Part shown: positions 38,040 through 50,810 of the stretch, in pieces | Layout of the letters: each line of letters begins with the position of its first letter | Numbering within the stretch: position 1 is the stretch's first letter | The notes under the pieces: model-generated | The model's database searches: none | What the model was told of the DNA's origin: nothing | What the model saw: the letters and a program-made list of their open reading frames with translations, nothing else | NCBI RefSeq assembly: GCF_004010195.1 | Contig: NC_057719.1 | Span: forward strand, 58,606,079 to 58,670,078 | Reading direction: 5' to 3' | DNA from: Chiloscyllium plagiosum | Taxonomy: Eukaryota | DNA length: 64,000 nucleotides | Made by a program: the position numbers and the translations under genes

Positions 38040-39445
38040 GACCAGACACTAACCACGGCCTCAACCTCTTCGGAAACTTTCAGTTCCCCAGCCCCCAGTA
38101 CTTCACCTTCACTATGGAAATGCAGTCCTTCTACATGTCAATTCCACATAATGATGGCCTGCAGTACTTCAGTTTCTTCCTCTCCAATGGACCCATCCAG
38201 TCCCCCTCCACCAATACCCTCCTCCACCTCACCAAATTAGTCCTCATCATCAATAATGTTTCTTTCAATTCTTCCCATTTCTTTCACATCCACAGGGTGT
38301 CCATGGGTGCTAGCTACACCTGCCTCTTTGTTGGCTACTTCGAACAGACTCTCCTCAGTACCTACACAAGTACTGTTCCTCAACTCTTCCACTGTTACAT
38401 CAATGACTGCATTAGTGCAGCTTCCTGAACCCAGGCTGAACTGGGAGGAGTTCATCAACTTTGCCAACAACATCCCTCATGCTCTCAAATTCACTTGGTC
38501 TAATTCAGACACCTCCCTCCGCTTTCTTGACCTCTCCTTTTCTACCTCCGGCAACAGTTTACAGGCTTCCATAACTACCTGGACTATACCTCCTCCCACC
38601 ACATATCCTGCAAAAACTCAATCCCATTTTCTCAAATCGTCTATCTTTGTTAATTCTGCTCTGACAAGGAGATATTTCGCTCCCAAGCATCCCAGATGTC
38701 CACCTGTTTAAACGATGTGCTTTCCCCCACTCTGTCATCCAGACAGCCCTCCACCACACCTCCTCCATTCCCCACTCCACAGTTCTAAACCCTCCCCCCA
38801 AACATAATAAAGAAGAGTCCCCCTTGTCCTCACTTTCCACCCCTCCGGTCTCCGCATCCAACGTATCAACTTCAAACACTTCCGCCACCTCCAATTAGAC
38901 CCCACCAACTAGACCAAACGTAAACTTAGGGAATGTTTCACTGAGCATCTTAGCCTGACCTTCTAGTCACCGCCCATTTCAATTCCCCTTCCCACTCTCT
39001 CTTTAACATGTCTATCCTCGGCCTCCTCTATTGCTACAGTGAATCAGACCGCAAATTGGAGGAACAACACCTTATCGTCCGTCTGAGCAGCCTAGAGGTC
39101 TAAACGTCGATCTCCAGTTTCAAATAACTGTCTCACCTATCCCCCAATTCCCTTTCCAGCCCCACCTCCTCCCTTCCATTTCACCTATCGACCATTCCTT
39201 CCAGCTCGAAGTCAGATTCATCCCTGTCATCGACCAACCAGGTCATACCCACCACCTGTGTTCACCTATTGGTCTCACCATTCCTCCCCTCTCTCCTCCC
39301 AAAACCCTCATCCCTCTCTTTATCTGTAGCTCCCCCTATCTCCACCTCCATTCCTGAAGATGGGTTATTCCCAAAACATCGACTTCTCCATCTCCTGATT
39401 CTGCCTGGCTTGCTGTGTTCTTCTACCCTCCTGCTTGTCTACTCC
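38040..39445 (+). mobile_element. Penelope-like retroelement: decayed RT, GIY-YIG end and 3' repeat with hammerhead-like motif
   Basis: MQSFYMSIPHNDGL, LTKLVL..NNVSFNSSHF, SYTCLFVGYFE, CYINDCI (RYIDD), LKFTWS, QTKRKLRECFTEH, RKLEEQHLI; CTGAAGATGGGTTATTCCCAAAACATCGAC at about 39354-39383. Confidence 0.88.
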
Positions 39446-39882
39446 ACATTGTACTTTGGCAGAAAGACATTAAACAGTAGTCTTTCCCAATTGTGTCTTG
39501 GCAGTAGCTGGCCCAAGTTTTGCTGTGTGCCTCAGCAAGTATTCCTGGACCTTGGAATGTAACAGTCTGCAATAGTCTGTCAAGGTCAACTCTTTGCACT
39601 GGAAGATCAATGAATTTCAGGCAGACCAAAGAGCTATTCTTATTTGTTTTTTACTGACTGGTGGACCATATTAGATATTTATAATATATAGGGCTACTGA
39701 AACAAATATAATGCCCCTTTCAGTGAGAGTTATATTTTTAAAAGTTGTGTCCTTGAGCAATTGTAAAAGTTGCATTAAGATTTATAAAATGATTGAACTC
39801 TGAGCAATGGTTGACATGCAGACTTCAAGTATGAACGACTTACTTAACTAATTCCTATTGTCAACTGGTTTACACAGGTAGC

Positions 39883-40092
39883 AGGTCAGTGAGCTCAGTT
39901 GGCTGGATGCCTTATTTGCATTGTAGAGTGATGCCAATCCCACAACAGTGAGGTTATCATGTAGGTCTCTCCTTCTCAGCCTTGCCCCTCACCTGAGGAA
40001 TGATGATCTTTAAGTTAAACCGCCATTAATTGTCTGTCTCTAAAGAGGGAGAGCAGCCTATGGTCCTCTGGGACAAAGGCGACTTCACCTTT
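39883..40092 (+). mobile_element. tRNA-headed SINE-like repeat, decayed
   Basis: gagctcagttggctgga head; SINE-like length; family not identified. Confidence 0.4.
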
Positions 40093-40464
40093 TAACTTGT
40101 CTGGTTTACAACACATTACAGGTAAATAATGTACAGGATATCAGAATTATTGAGAAAAGTATAAGCTAATGTATTAGGCTTTGCATAACATTGCAGATAA
40201 CACAAACAACAGTAATGTGATCACCTGACCATTAAACTTTTTGGGTGTTGCAACAGTGATGAAGAACAGAGGATTAACACCATTACATTGGTTTACTTTC
40301 AACCCATTGGCTCTTTCTTTGTGTTTATTCACCATTGTATCACAACAGTTGAAAAGTACTGCCAGTTTAAAACTGTATGAAATATTATTTTAGGTTATCT
40401 TATAATTTTTCAGGGAAGGGTCACTTAAAGCTACAAAATGATAAGTTAAACATTTTAGCCGATA

Positions 40465-41390
40465 AGATATATAGGAGTAGAATTAGGCTATTTAGCCCAC
40501 TAAAGTGCTCCAAAATTCGATCAAGGCTGATATATGTTTCTCAACTCCATTCTTCTACCTTCTCCCCATAACTCTTGTCCCCTACCAATCACGAATCAAT
40601 GTATCCCTGTCTTAAATACGCTCATGAGTTGGTCTCCGCAGCCTTCTGTGGCAATGAGTTTCACAGATTAACCACTACATTTGGTTGAAGAAGTTCCTTC
40701 TCATTTCAGTTCTAAAAGGTTGTCCCTTCACTCTGAAGCTGTGCCCTGAGGTCCTAGTCTGTTCTACTAATGGAAACATCTTCTCCATATCAACTCTATC
40801 CAGGCCTCTTAGTGTTCTGTAAGTTTCAATCAGATGACCCTTCATCCTTCCACTGATCCAGAGTCCTCAACTGATCCTCTGGCAATCCCTTCATCCCCGA
40901 GATCATTCTTGTGAACCTCCTCTGAACTTCCTCCAATTCCAGAACATTCTTTCTTTGATACAGGGCTAAAAATGCTCTCAATGTTCCAATACAGTCTGAC
41001 AAGAGCCTTAAACAGCCTCAGCAGTACATCTCTGCTCTTGTATTCTAGCCCTAAATGAATGCAAAACACTGCATTTGCCTTCCTAACTACCAACTGAACC
41101 TGTATGTTAATCTTTAGAGAATCCCAAACTCGGAATCCCAAGACCCTTTGTGCTTCAGATTTCCAAAGCCTTCCCATTTAAAAACTAATGTCTGCTTCTA
41201 TTCTTCCTACCAAAGTGCATAACCACCCACTTTCCCACATTGGATTCCATCACCACTTCTTTGCCCACTCTCCTTACCTGTCCAAGTCCTTCTGCAGCCT
41301 CCCTGCTTCCTCAGCACTATCTGTCTCTCTATGTTTGTGTCATCTGTAAATTTAGCAACAGTCACCTCAGTTCCTTCATCCAGATTGTTT
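40465..41390 (-). mobile_element. CR1 LINE RT-to-3' end
   Basis: AKFTDDT, KKWWMESNVGK and GLEYKSRDVLLRLFKALVRLYW on the minus strand. Confidence 0.85.
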
Positions 41391-42386
41391 TATTAAACAT
41401 TTCCGGAAAGCTAACTAGAGGAGATAAATAGTAATTTTAACAAACATGAGTTTCTGTGATATCTACCAAGAAAGGAAATTATTAACAAATTTAAAACAAC
41501 GTACAACCATCTGTAAGGCTATCCATTTGTTAAACTGCTGACTAAATTATATAACGCAGCTTTTTGCCACCCTGCAACCTAGTTCTTTGTCATATTGACC
41601 AGCCTTTCTGCTTTTTCAACTTAAGAGTATAGGTAATTATTAGAAGGTAGCTGACTGTTGATATAGTGATATTCAATTGTCCTCCCTCCCAGTTCTTGCA
41701 TAATAACAGTAGTTATACGCATCTGTTTCAAAAGTTGACAATTTGAAGAATCACTTAATTTTTTAAAAATCATCTTAACCTTGAAATACAATATATTCAA
41801 ATAATAATTTCTTATCAGGCTCTTTGATTTTCAAGTTCAAATAATCACATTCTTTTGAATAATACAGTGGGAAATATTTTATGCATATTTTTCATCTTTA
41901 TGATCCACAGAAATCTCAATCAGTAATTCATTTGTAGGACAGAAGTCTGTAGTGAATGTAATGTAGGCAAGACTGGAGCTTAAAGTGCTGTATCACATCA
42001 GAAATTGCTTCCTTGGAGCACACTGTAAACTATTGTTGGACTAACCTGGCATCGCTGAAACAACATGTTTTCCTCCTTCTTGATTGAAGAAGTACCATAG
42101 ACATTATACCTCCATAACAAATCATGTGATTTTCCAGAATGAGATGGAAATAAACATTGCTGAGTGATAGATAGAAGCTTACACATAAATGACATGTAAA
42201 GAGAAGGATTACAGTTGCTGTGTACCTGTATTCTCAATAAATTGTTTGGATCATAATGTTTGCAGTGATGGCATTACCATGCACTGCACAATGAGATGTT
42301 CAGTAGCTTTCAGACTATAAAATCTAATTCATTTAAAATAGATAGGAGTCACTCAGAATTCAGTTATTTAATTCAAGAATTTTAGA

Positions 42387-42538
42387 TAAACAGAAATTGC
42401 TGGAAAAGCTCAGCAGGTCTGGCAACTTCCTGAGTTCTGAGGAAGGGTAACTCAAACTGGAATGTTAACTCTGATTTCTGTCCACAGATGCTGCCAGACC
42501 TGCTGCGCTTTTCCAGCATTTTCTGTTTTTGTTTCTGA
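42387..42538. mobile_element. PLE-derived fold-back mini-element, family C
   Basis: Arms aaacagaaattgctggaaaagctcagcaggtctggca / tgccagacctgctgcgcttttccagcattttctgttt; GAGTT-CTGAGGA...GTT-AACTC at 42432-42471. Confidence 0.8.
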
Positions 42539-43639
42539 CCTATGGCAACTGCAGCTTTTCCTGTTTTTATAAAGAATTTTAAAGATTGCCCTGAAGCACC
42601 CAACATCTTACAAATTTTGCATCTGAAGTGCAGAGTGACATGTGCATCTGTTTTAATATCAGTCTCAATGTTTGTTAGAAGGGATCTAGTGGTTTGTAAT
42701 TCAGTTATACTACCTGGGAGACATATGAGTTGGAAACCTATTGCTATTTGTGTTATATAGCAGTTTTGATGAGAGATACACCTATACTGTGGTGCAGTGG
42801 CGGGGGCTGCATGCCTGAAAATTCCAAAACAAGAAAATCAGACAGAAAAGTCACAGAGAATCTTTACAACCAGCCAGGTATTGGACGATGATTGTGGGAG
42901 AATCATGTGAGAATTTGATCGAGGCATTTCTCAACATAGGATTTTCATTTTCATTTTCAGACAGAATTTTGGGTGTTGAGATGATATTCTCACCAGGGGG
43001 TGGCAAAGTGCCTATTAAGAAGGTCAAGTAAACAGATGCTGCTGCATGGTGATGGTCAGTCAATGGCATGTTAGTCAGTCATCCACTTGAGTAATCATAG
43101 TCAGGGATACATCCACCTACAGTCTGGGGTTTTGTCGATACTTTGAACTATAGGGCCATCACAAGCAATCAAGGGAATTGTGTACCACTGGTCAGGCAGC
43201 TGGTGAAACACCAGGGGTTTGGTCAATCTTTTCTTGGGGATATCTGTCAAAGTTAGTCATTGACTGAGCCTGGTGTTGAGTGTACCCTGCACAAGCTGTG
43301 TTTCCTGCCATCATTTGCTGTTGCTATAAATGACCTGCAACTAGAAAATGCCTGGGCCAATACCTAGGTTGGGCAGCATCAGTGTCAGTTTGGTCAAAAG
43401 CACAGGTTCGACTTCTGGACTGAAGGATGTTGAAGAGGCAAAGTCATCAATCATGCAGTTATGCACTTGCAAAATGTAGGTACACTTCATTTGCAACCAT
43501 GACATCATGCATGTATAGTGCATTCAGTGTGAAGATGTTCGGGGTTTAAATGCTGGCCACAGGTAATATCCATCATTTCTTTGAATCTGGCATGTTGCAT
43601 ATGGAGATCTCAAAATGACAGATGTTACCAACACCAAAT

Positions 43640-43955
43640 GGGGTGGCATGGTGGCTCAGTGGTTAGCACTGCTGCCTCACAGCGCCAGTCATCCGGGTTC
43701 AATTCCTACTTTGGGCGACTGTCTGTGTGGAGTTTGCATATTCTCCCAGTGTCTGCGTGGGTTTCCTCCGGGTGCTCTGGTTTCCTCTCACAGTCCAAAG
43801 ATATGCAGGTCAGGTGAATTGGCCATCCTAAATTGCCCATAGTGTTAGGTGCATTAGTCAGGGGGGAATGGGTCTGGGTGGGTTACTCTTCAGAGGGTCG
43901 GTGTGGACTTTTTGGGCCAAATGCCATGTTTTCGTACTGTAGGGAATCTAATCTA
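43640..43955 (+). mobile_element. HE1-type V-SINE
   Basis: A box tggctcagtggtt, B box ggttcaattcc, V core and (aatct)n tail. Confidence 0.88.
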
Positions 43956-44759
43956 ATTTAAAAGGGGAGGATTCTGGTCACAATTAACACAGTACTTGTG
44001 AGACTTCTAAGGGCACTATGGGCTTCAGAACCAATCCCCTCTACATTTGGACATCGATTCTAGTGACAGATGTTTCTGCATGCAGTGGTAACTTCCATAG
44101 TTGATGTTGGGCTAAGGTGGGAAAGATTCCAAACACATGGAACATTTCCAATATATTGTTACATGTTCCTCGCTCAGTCACTGCATCACTTTTACCAAGT
44201 CAGTGGCTTTCCAACAGAACCATGAGAACCTCCTGCATGGTTTCATTGTTAGGATACTGCATGTCTCATTATATGGAGAAGAGTGTTTAGCCATTTATTG
44301 CAAGGTCTGCTAGCATTGACCCTTCTTTGAGCTAAGAAGATGTTCTGTTCCTTGTGTTCCCTACGTAGATCCCTGCCAGCAAGGGCCACAGATGCAGCCA
44401 AAGTTGGAACGTTGCTTGCAGTGGCTGCCTTGCTAAAAAGGTGAAAGCAGATGTAAGAGGAGCAGGTTTGACAGCAAATACAGCAGTCACAGTGAGCCAT
44501 CAAGGAACATCCAGCTCCAGTAGAGGCTGCGGTTGCAAGGCCCATCAGAATGTTTTGGGACCATGGGAGGTCTAGTGTCTTTTGTTCTGGAATTTATTTA
44601 CTGAGGATGAGTGAGGCATAGTGTCAATGTTGGCTCCATATCTCCCAGAGCACTGTGATGGAACTGTGCCAGCTGCTGGACTGGGACCTGAGATCTACAG
44701 GAGTTAGGGGATCCATTCTCTCCCTGTGGCCATGAAAGTGACAGCTGCTTTGAACTTCC

Positions 44760-45195
44760 ATGCAATTGGCTCTTTCCAGGGTGCAATGAATGACCTGTCA
44801 GCCTGGGATCCCACAGTCTTCCACCTACAAAGCCATCAAGACAGTGACTGATGCCATTTATGTAAAGTCGCACGAGTTCATTTGCTTCCCCATGACAAGA
44901 TCAGTGCTGCAGCCTGAGAAGTACAATTAAGTTGGCTTCTCACAAGTGTAGAGTATCATCAAAATCAAAGGACCGAAAAGGCCGTTTCTTAATGCCAAGC
45001 AGTTCATCAATAGGAAGAGCTTCCATTCCATTAATATTCAGGTCTTCTGCAGTCACCTATTAAATTTCCTGGCGCTGTATGCTTGCCATGTTGGTAGCTG
45101 CTATGACTCCGACATCCTGGAGCACTTCTGTATGCCTGCTTTGATGGTTAAGGTGTCTGGCAAGGTTGGTTATTGGGGGACAAGGGATAACCAGT
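44760..45195 (+). mobile_element. PIF/Harbinger DDE transposase relic
   Basis: SFQGAM.DL, GIPQSSTYKAIKTVTDAIY, FINRKSFHSINIQVFC, GSCYDSDIL and QGWLLGDKG. Confidence 0.8.
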
Positions 45196-46149
45196 GTCTC
45201 ATTTTTTGCATGATTGCATGATTCTAAAATAATTAAAATTTAATTTTTATTTTTGTTTTCCTATTTCAACTTCTTTAATTCCATATGCATGATCAAATGG
45301 TTATTTTGTATTATGTACAATCATTAAAAGTGAATTATGTTCAAAATTCATTAATTATTTGTTTGTGTAAGAATTTTCATTTCTTTAGCCAGTCAGCTTG
45401 GTCACTGCTTATCAGGTTACTGGTTACCACAGATCCTGTATAGATACGGCCAAATTCAAAATATAATGGAGCAAATTGCTCTTGAGCCAACTAAATCTTT
45501 GTGGGTAGCTTTTCTTGAGGTAATTGACAATGCTTTCCCTTCGGCATATGTCGCACAATATGGTCCATTGTGTCTATCTCTGAGTCTAGTCTATTCACTG
45601 ACTTCTGTTTCTCAATATGACTGGTCATTTCAAACTTTCAAAACAATGTCTCATGGATGTACAAGTTGTTCTGGTATAACATGCATTTCGTCAACACGGA
45701 TTGGCTATAACATTTGAAGAACACAAACTTTCTGCTGAACAGGTGTAGTGATTTTTTTCTATATCGATCTTCTACAGTACAATTTTCTCTAGTTTCTTCC
45801 CATAGCATGATTTTCTATAGAGGAATGCAACTGTCGCATTATAGCAGAACGACCTGTATGTTTATGTAAGTTTATTTAAGTTTAGCAATAAAACTCTTAA
45901 TGCTTGCATTCTACTGTTAAGTATCTCAATACTTTCAAACTAGTCTAGGCTATATTTGTTTTAAAAAGTAGCCTAAGACCAATTATTACATCCCTTTCTA
46001 TTAACTAAGACACAAGAATAGTAGTTTATGATATCATGGAATATGTAATGCAGCAAACCTTTGAACAGAGCCCTTTGAATTTCCAGAAAAAAATAATAGC
46101 CATAAAATTGCAGATTATAGTGAAACTAGATAAATCTTATTATTTGCAG

Positions 46150-46244
46150 ACTGAATTACTAACAGTACAGAAAGAAAGGGACAGAGCTTTAGAGCGATGT
46201 AAGGAACAAGAAGAAGAAATTCAGACACTGAGACTTTATTACAG
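46150..46244 (+). CDS. MIPOL1: Internal coding exon of a coiled-coil protein, MIPOL1-like (TELLTVQKERDRALERCKEQEEEIQTLRLYY-S)
   Basis: Acceptor ttatttgcag and donor ag|gtaagc; 95 bp, phase 0 to phase 2; EEEIQTLRLYY recalls vertebrate MIPOL1 EEEIQTLRVYYS (recognised from memory, not searched). Confidence 0.8.
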
Positions 46245-47733
46245 GTAAGCTGTATCTGTTTATCATCTTAATTGGATTGTGGTAATCAGGTAACATTTTC
46301 CTTCAATTTTATATTTTCTCAATCAAACTGTTTGCAAGTACTGTCATATCTCCACAGGAGAACACCGGCACTCAAACTGAGGCATATTTACTCCAGATTT
46401 ATTTTTGCAAATATAAATGGGGTATTGTTCACCAGGCTTTCTAGAGAGAGAAATTCAGGATAATATTTTAAAAATTAAGTTTGCATGGCGTAGTCCTGAT
46501 TATGTTCATTTTCTTTGTGCTAGGAAGTACAGGCATTCTTTAGCAGTATTTGTGTTTTTAAGATTATTGATGTTGGTGTACAAAATAGCAATGAACATAA
46601 CAAAACTGGATATTCACTTTATGCAAGGAAGCATATGGATCTAATTTTTAGACTACTGCTATATTTATCACTTGGTAGTTTGGCTTCACAAAGATGAAGG
46701 TTCACTCATTAAGAGTTTGGCAAACATCTGTGTCATTCAATTCTGAAAAATGTCACATGCTTCAAAGTTTTAAGAACTTTGCAAGTTTGTAATTGGCCTC
46801 CACCCTCTTTCTTCACTTTACAACAGTGTTAGTTTTCACACTTCTTTGTAAATGGAAAATCCTTTCCCGGTGGTCTTTGTGGTTAAACTGTAGAACGATC
46901 GTAGTTGCTATACAGCTTAGGTCTTGGGGGTCAGTTCATCGCTGTTTCATCGCTGTTTATTATGCTTATACTGTACATAGTTTCAAAATAAAGGTAAACA
47001 ACCTTGTATAATGATAAAAATACTCTGTGTTAATATCAATTGATGTAAAATTTATATTTCCTTGTTGACTCTATGAATAGAAGAAAATCATTGAATGCAG
47101 GCAGTCTATGAGCGACGGTCCACTGTTAAGCTGATAAATTAAAATTATAAGGATACAGGTTTTATGAACATAATTAATTCAAATGTGTATTAAATACTTG
47201 CCAATAATCTGTAATTATTTTGTTCTTTTTGCCTATTGATACGTTAGGAGTTTTGTTGTATGTTTATTTTTAATTTATAAAACTGTTGCATAAATGCATA
47301 GTCCCATTCCTGAGAAGATCCCGAACTGCTGCATCAATAACGACAAATTCTTTGCATCACCTTAGTCATTGTCTCAGCCATTATTAATAATTGTCTTAAA
47401 TTATAATCCTAGTTCATGTGTTAAACTTAAAAATAATACATAAACCTCTAAGGTATTACCATTAATAGAACATGTAATTATTGCTGCCACTTAGAAGTGC
47501 ATTTGTTTTCAAAGCAAGTGCATTTTAGTGAATGAATGCTGAGAATTTTCCCAAACTGAAGCTTGTTGATTAGGATTCAAATTGATTTAACAAATCATAA
47601 GCCAGGAAGTAGAATACTGTGCCAGAATCATTTGAAGTGCTAGCAGATGAATTAACCATTGCCTTTTTTTCTTCATAAAACTTCTAGCAATATATAATTA
47701 GTTTATCTTTCTTACCTTACCTCCTTTCTATCA

Positions 47734-47774
47734 AATTCACCTGGCAGGAGAGAGATCATGATCAGGAAGATGTT
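47734..47774 (+). pseudogene. U1 snRNA 5' fragment (decayed retrocopy)
   Basis: acctggcaggagagagatcatgatcaggaagatg aligns without gaps to U1 ACCTGGCAGGGGAGATACCATGATCACGAAGGTG with 5 mismatches in 34 nt. Confidence 0.6.
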
Positions 47775-47815
47775 AGCTATAATAAAGTAATGCCAAAATG
47801 TCCTGATCTACATAG

Positions 47816-48013
47816 TTAAAAATCATACAACACCAGGTTATAGTCCAACAGGTTTAATTGGAAGCACACTAGCTTTCGGAGCGACACTCCTTCATCAAGT
47901 GATAGCGTCACTCCAAAAGCTAGTGTGCTTCCAATTAAACCTGTTGGACTATAACCTGGTGTTGTGTGATTTTTAACTTTGTACACCCCAGTCCAACACC
48001 GGCATCTCCAAAT
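47816..48013. mobile_element. PLE-derived fold-back mini-element, family B
   Basis: Inverted arms gttaaaaatcatacaacaccaggttatagtcc... / ...ggactataacctggtgttgtgtgatttttaac; flanks ctgatctacatag (47803-47815) and ctggtctacatag (48014-48026). Confidence 0.85.
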
Positions 48014-48129
48014 CTGGTCTACATAGAACATTACAGCACAGTGCAGGCCCTTTGGCCCTCAATGTTGTGCTGACCTGTGGAGCCAATCTGAAGCCTATCT
48101 ATCCTACACTATTCCATTTTCATCCTATG

Positions 48130-50810
48130 TTGTAAGCCCAAACTCTTTCATTCCTATATCATATTAGCCAGTTGATGACCAACTGAAGCAATGTTGTAAA
48201 AACATCAAGAAAGAAAGTCACCAGATAAAGGACACTGCAAGCAGACTGAGTATATCAACTTCTACAAGAATTGCCCAAAACAGTAACACAGAAGCATTGT
48301 AAAGAAAATAAAAAGGAGGGAGATATGAATATGGCCGCCAGCAAGGAATTGTGCAACCCTGCTCCAAGCAAGTAGAAAAAGACAAAGAAGGGCTCAGGAG
48401 GGAGTAGCGGATGGAAAGAATGAGACAGCAGACTGCCAAATACCAGCCAAGTCCTCTGAGCCTGCCCCTCCTCACACGTCTGAATCTGAGGCAGACAAAA
48501 CATTAGCAGAATTACGGTTGGGGTGCATCTCGTGAAGAAGTCCAAAAAGAAGATTCCAGCAAGGATCCAAACTATGTCCCAGACCAAAGACAAAAGGCAA
48601 GGCTTTTCTTATGAACAAGGGAGGCAACTTCAGAAAACGTAGCAAAGCTTGAACAGGCTAGAGGAGGACCTGAGCCCCAAAACATTCCAAACAATAAAGA
48701 GGCCAGCACACCTCAGTCACTAAACAGAGACTACACCCGATTTCAGGAAGTCAGGAACTGCAACACCCTTGAAAGGCAACTGATGAGAGCAAATTCTCCA
48801 ATGGGACATAGTCCAAACCTCCCCTCTTGCATGAACCAGCAAACAGCCCTGGGTTGTACATTTCTAACAGGACATACCAGGACAATTTTGTTAACCTACT
48901 CACAAGTGAAATAGTTTATGTTTCCAGGGGTGGAGGAGCAGAAAGGACTGGAACTGTAAAAGACAAATGGTGTATTAAACAAAAAAAAGTTTTGCAATAG
49001 GTGTTAAAATCACCTCCATTAATGTGTATAGCATTAAGACAGTGGTGGGTTTTTTCCTCACAGCAGATGTAATGTACAAAAATCCTTCACTCTGGTTAAT
49101 TAACGTATACATCCAGCTCAAAACAGTGAGTAGCTGAATGTCCTTGCTGCTGGCTATTACCAGGTTAGTCATTCTGGACAGTGGCTTCAACCGCATTATC
49201 AATGTGGCTGGACACTCTGACATGGCTGACAACAAACTAGGTGGTGTTCTTCTCTGATCGTTGCTTCCTGTTGATTGATTGTCACCTACAAGAAGACCAG
49301 AGGACAGAAAATGGGACATGGAAACTGAACTGACCCCAGAAAACATCAAGGAGCTCTAAAGGAATTTCAAAGTTTGGAGAACTGTGAAACCTTTGTCTGA
49401 CTCATCAGCCTGGATGAGGAGAAGAGGCAGAATATTGCTCATCTACATAATGGATGTGTTTTCCAGGATGAGGTTGGGGGAGGAAATCCACAATTGCTTA
49501 CAACTGCTGTACACAAACATAAGTAGCACAGTTTTAATCAATGGATAGCTTTGTGATTTCCAGTCAAATAAATCTGGATTTAGGTCCTCTCAAGTCCTGT
49601 TCACGTGTTATATAGAACCTGTTGCCGAGATCACCAATAAGGATGCAGGCATAAGCATCATGTCTATCACAGATAGCAGAGGCATCCAAATTAAAATCTC
49701 CCTATCATGCGACATCACTATTTTCTGCTCAGTTCTGCTGTGGTTGTGTAGATTGGTTAATATCTTCAACCAGTTTGAACTGACCTCAAATTAAGGTAAA
49801 TCGAGGCAAGCGCAAGGTCATGTTCTTTGGGAACTTAGCCAAATGATCCTTTGTCCCCTTGACTGTCAGGTCAGATTACTTCAGGATGCTGGGGATTTAG
49901 TTTAGACAAATCAAAGTATACACTAAAACTATCGCTACTTGCTTATTCCAAATAAACAAAAACTGAGCGTTTGAGAGCGACATTCCCTCTCCATTGAAGT
50001 AAGAAACTGCTTGCTAAATATGCATGCTCTCTATGGTGCGGTACGTAGCAAAGGTCTGGGCAATTCTTTGCTGTAGTGCCATGGCTATCACCTGGAAGAC
50101 TAAAATGGACAGCGCTCACAGGGACACTACAGTCTGGCCACATTGTCACAGAATGCTACAATTCGGTGGATCAATTTATACACCTGACACTTTTGGAGAT
50201 GTTTACACAAAAACATTCCTTTGATCATAAGTTCATCAGGAAGTGGTCAGCACATAACGTCCTGCTGGAAAATGAGATAGGAAATCCTGTCAGATGGTTG
50301 TTTAAGGAACCAACAAAAGTCATTTGATAGAATACTTTATTGCCAGAATTTACAAACAAGCACCAAGATGTAACTTGGATGGTGACAAGAAAGGCACTAA
50401 TTGTCAGTCCTTACAACAAACTTGGACTTTCATCCTCTTTCATTTTACCTTTGAAGTGATATGGCATGGAAGACCTTTTGTGGCAATTTCCTTGAGGAAT
50501 GTTTGTTTGCAAGTAAGGTCCGCAGAAAGATGTTTGTTTTTGTTGAGATATAGAACTCTCCGTTATGGCTTGTTCCCAAGGATGCATAGTAAGACAAACA
50601 GAAACTGAACTTGAAGGACAATCAGCATCATTAAAACAAAATTGTTCTTTAGTCTTAAAACAGGAAGTTTGAAACTTGCTGACCTGCCAGTGCAATGAGT
50701 TACCCTTGACAGAGTGTTGCAGACCGCCCCTTCCATGGTCCAGATTTATGTGCTGTGGGGTGCACTAAAGCTTCAACAGAGGTGCAATGGGGAAAGGTCA
50801 AGGTATAAGT
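48130..50810 (+). mobile_element. Tx1-like (L1 group) non-LTR retrotransposon relic
   Basis: KITSINVYSIK (APE start), INVY, LVILDSGFN.II, IAHLHN...LLYTNISSTVLING (RT) and C-terminal CNELPLTECCR; the 5' part is only weakly supported. Confidence 0.65.

Noticed and set aside
43640..43720. tRNA genes at SINE heads (also 3990-4061, 17513 and 52354)
   Set aside because: The A and B boxes continue directly into SINE body sequence; no complete cloverleaf is evident.
46036..46149. ATG-initiated 5' extension of the 70-aa ORF containing the exon
   Set aside because: It lies upstream of a good splice acceptor and lacks the coiled-coil character, so it is read as intron.
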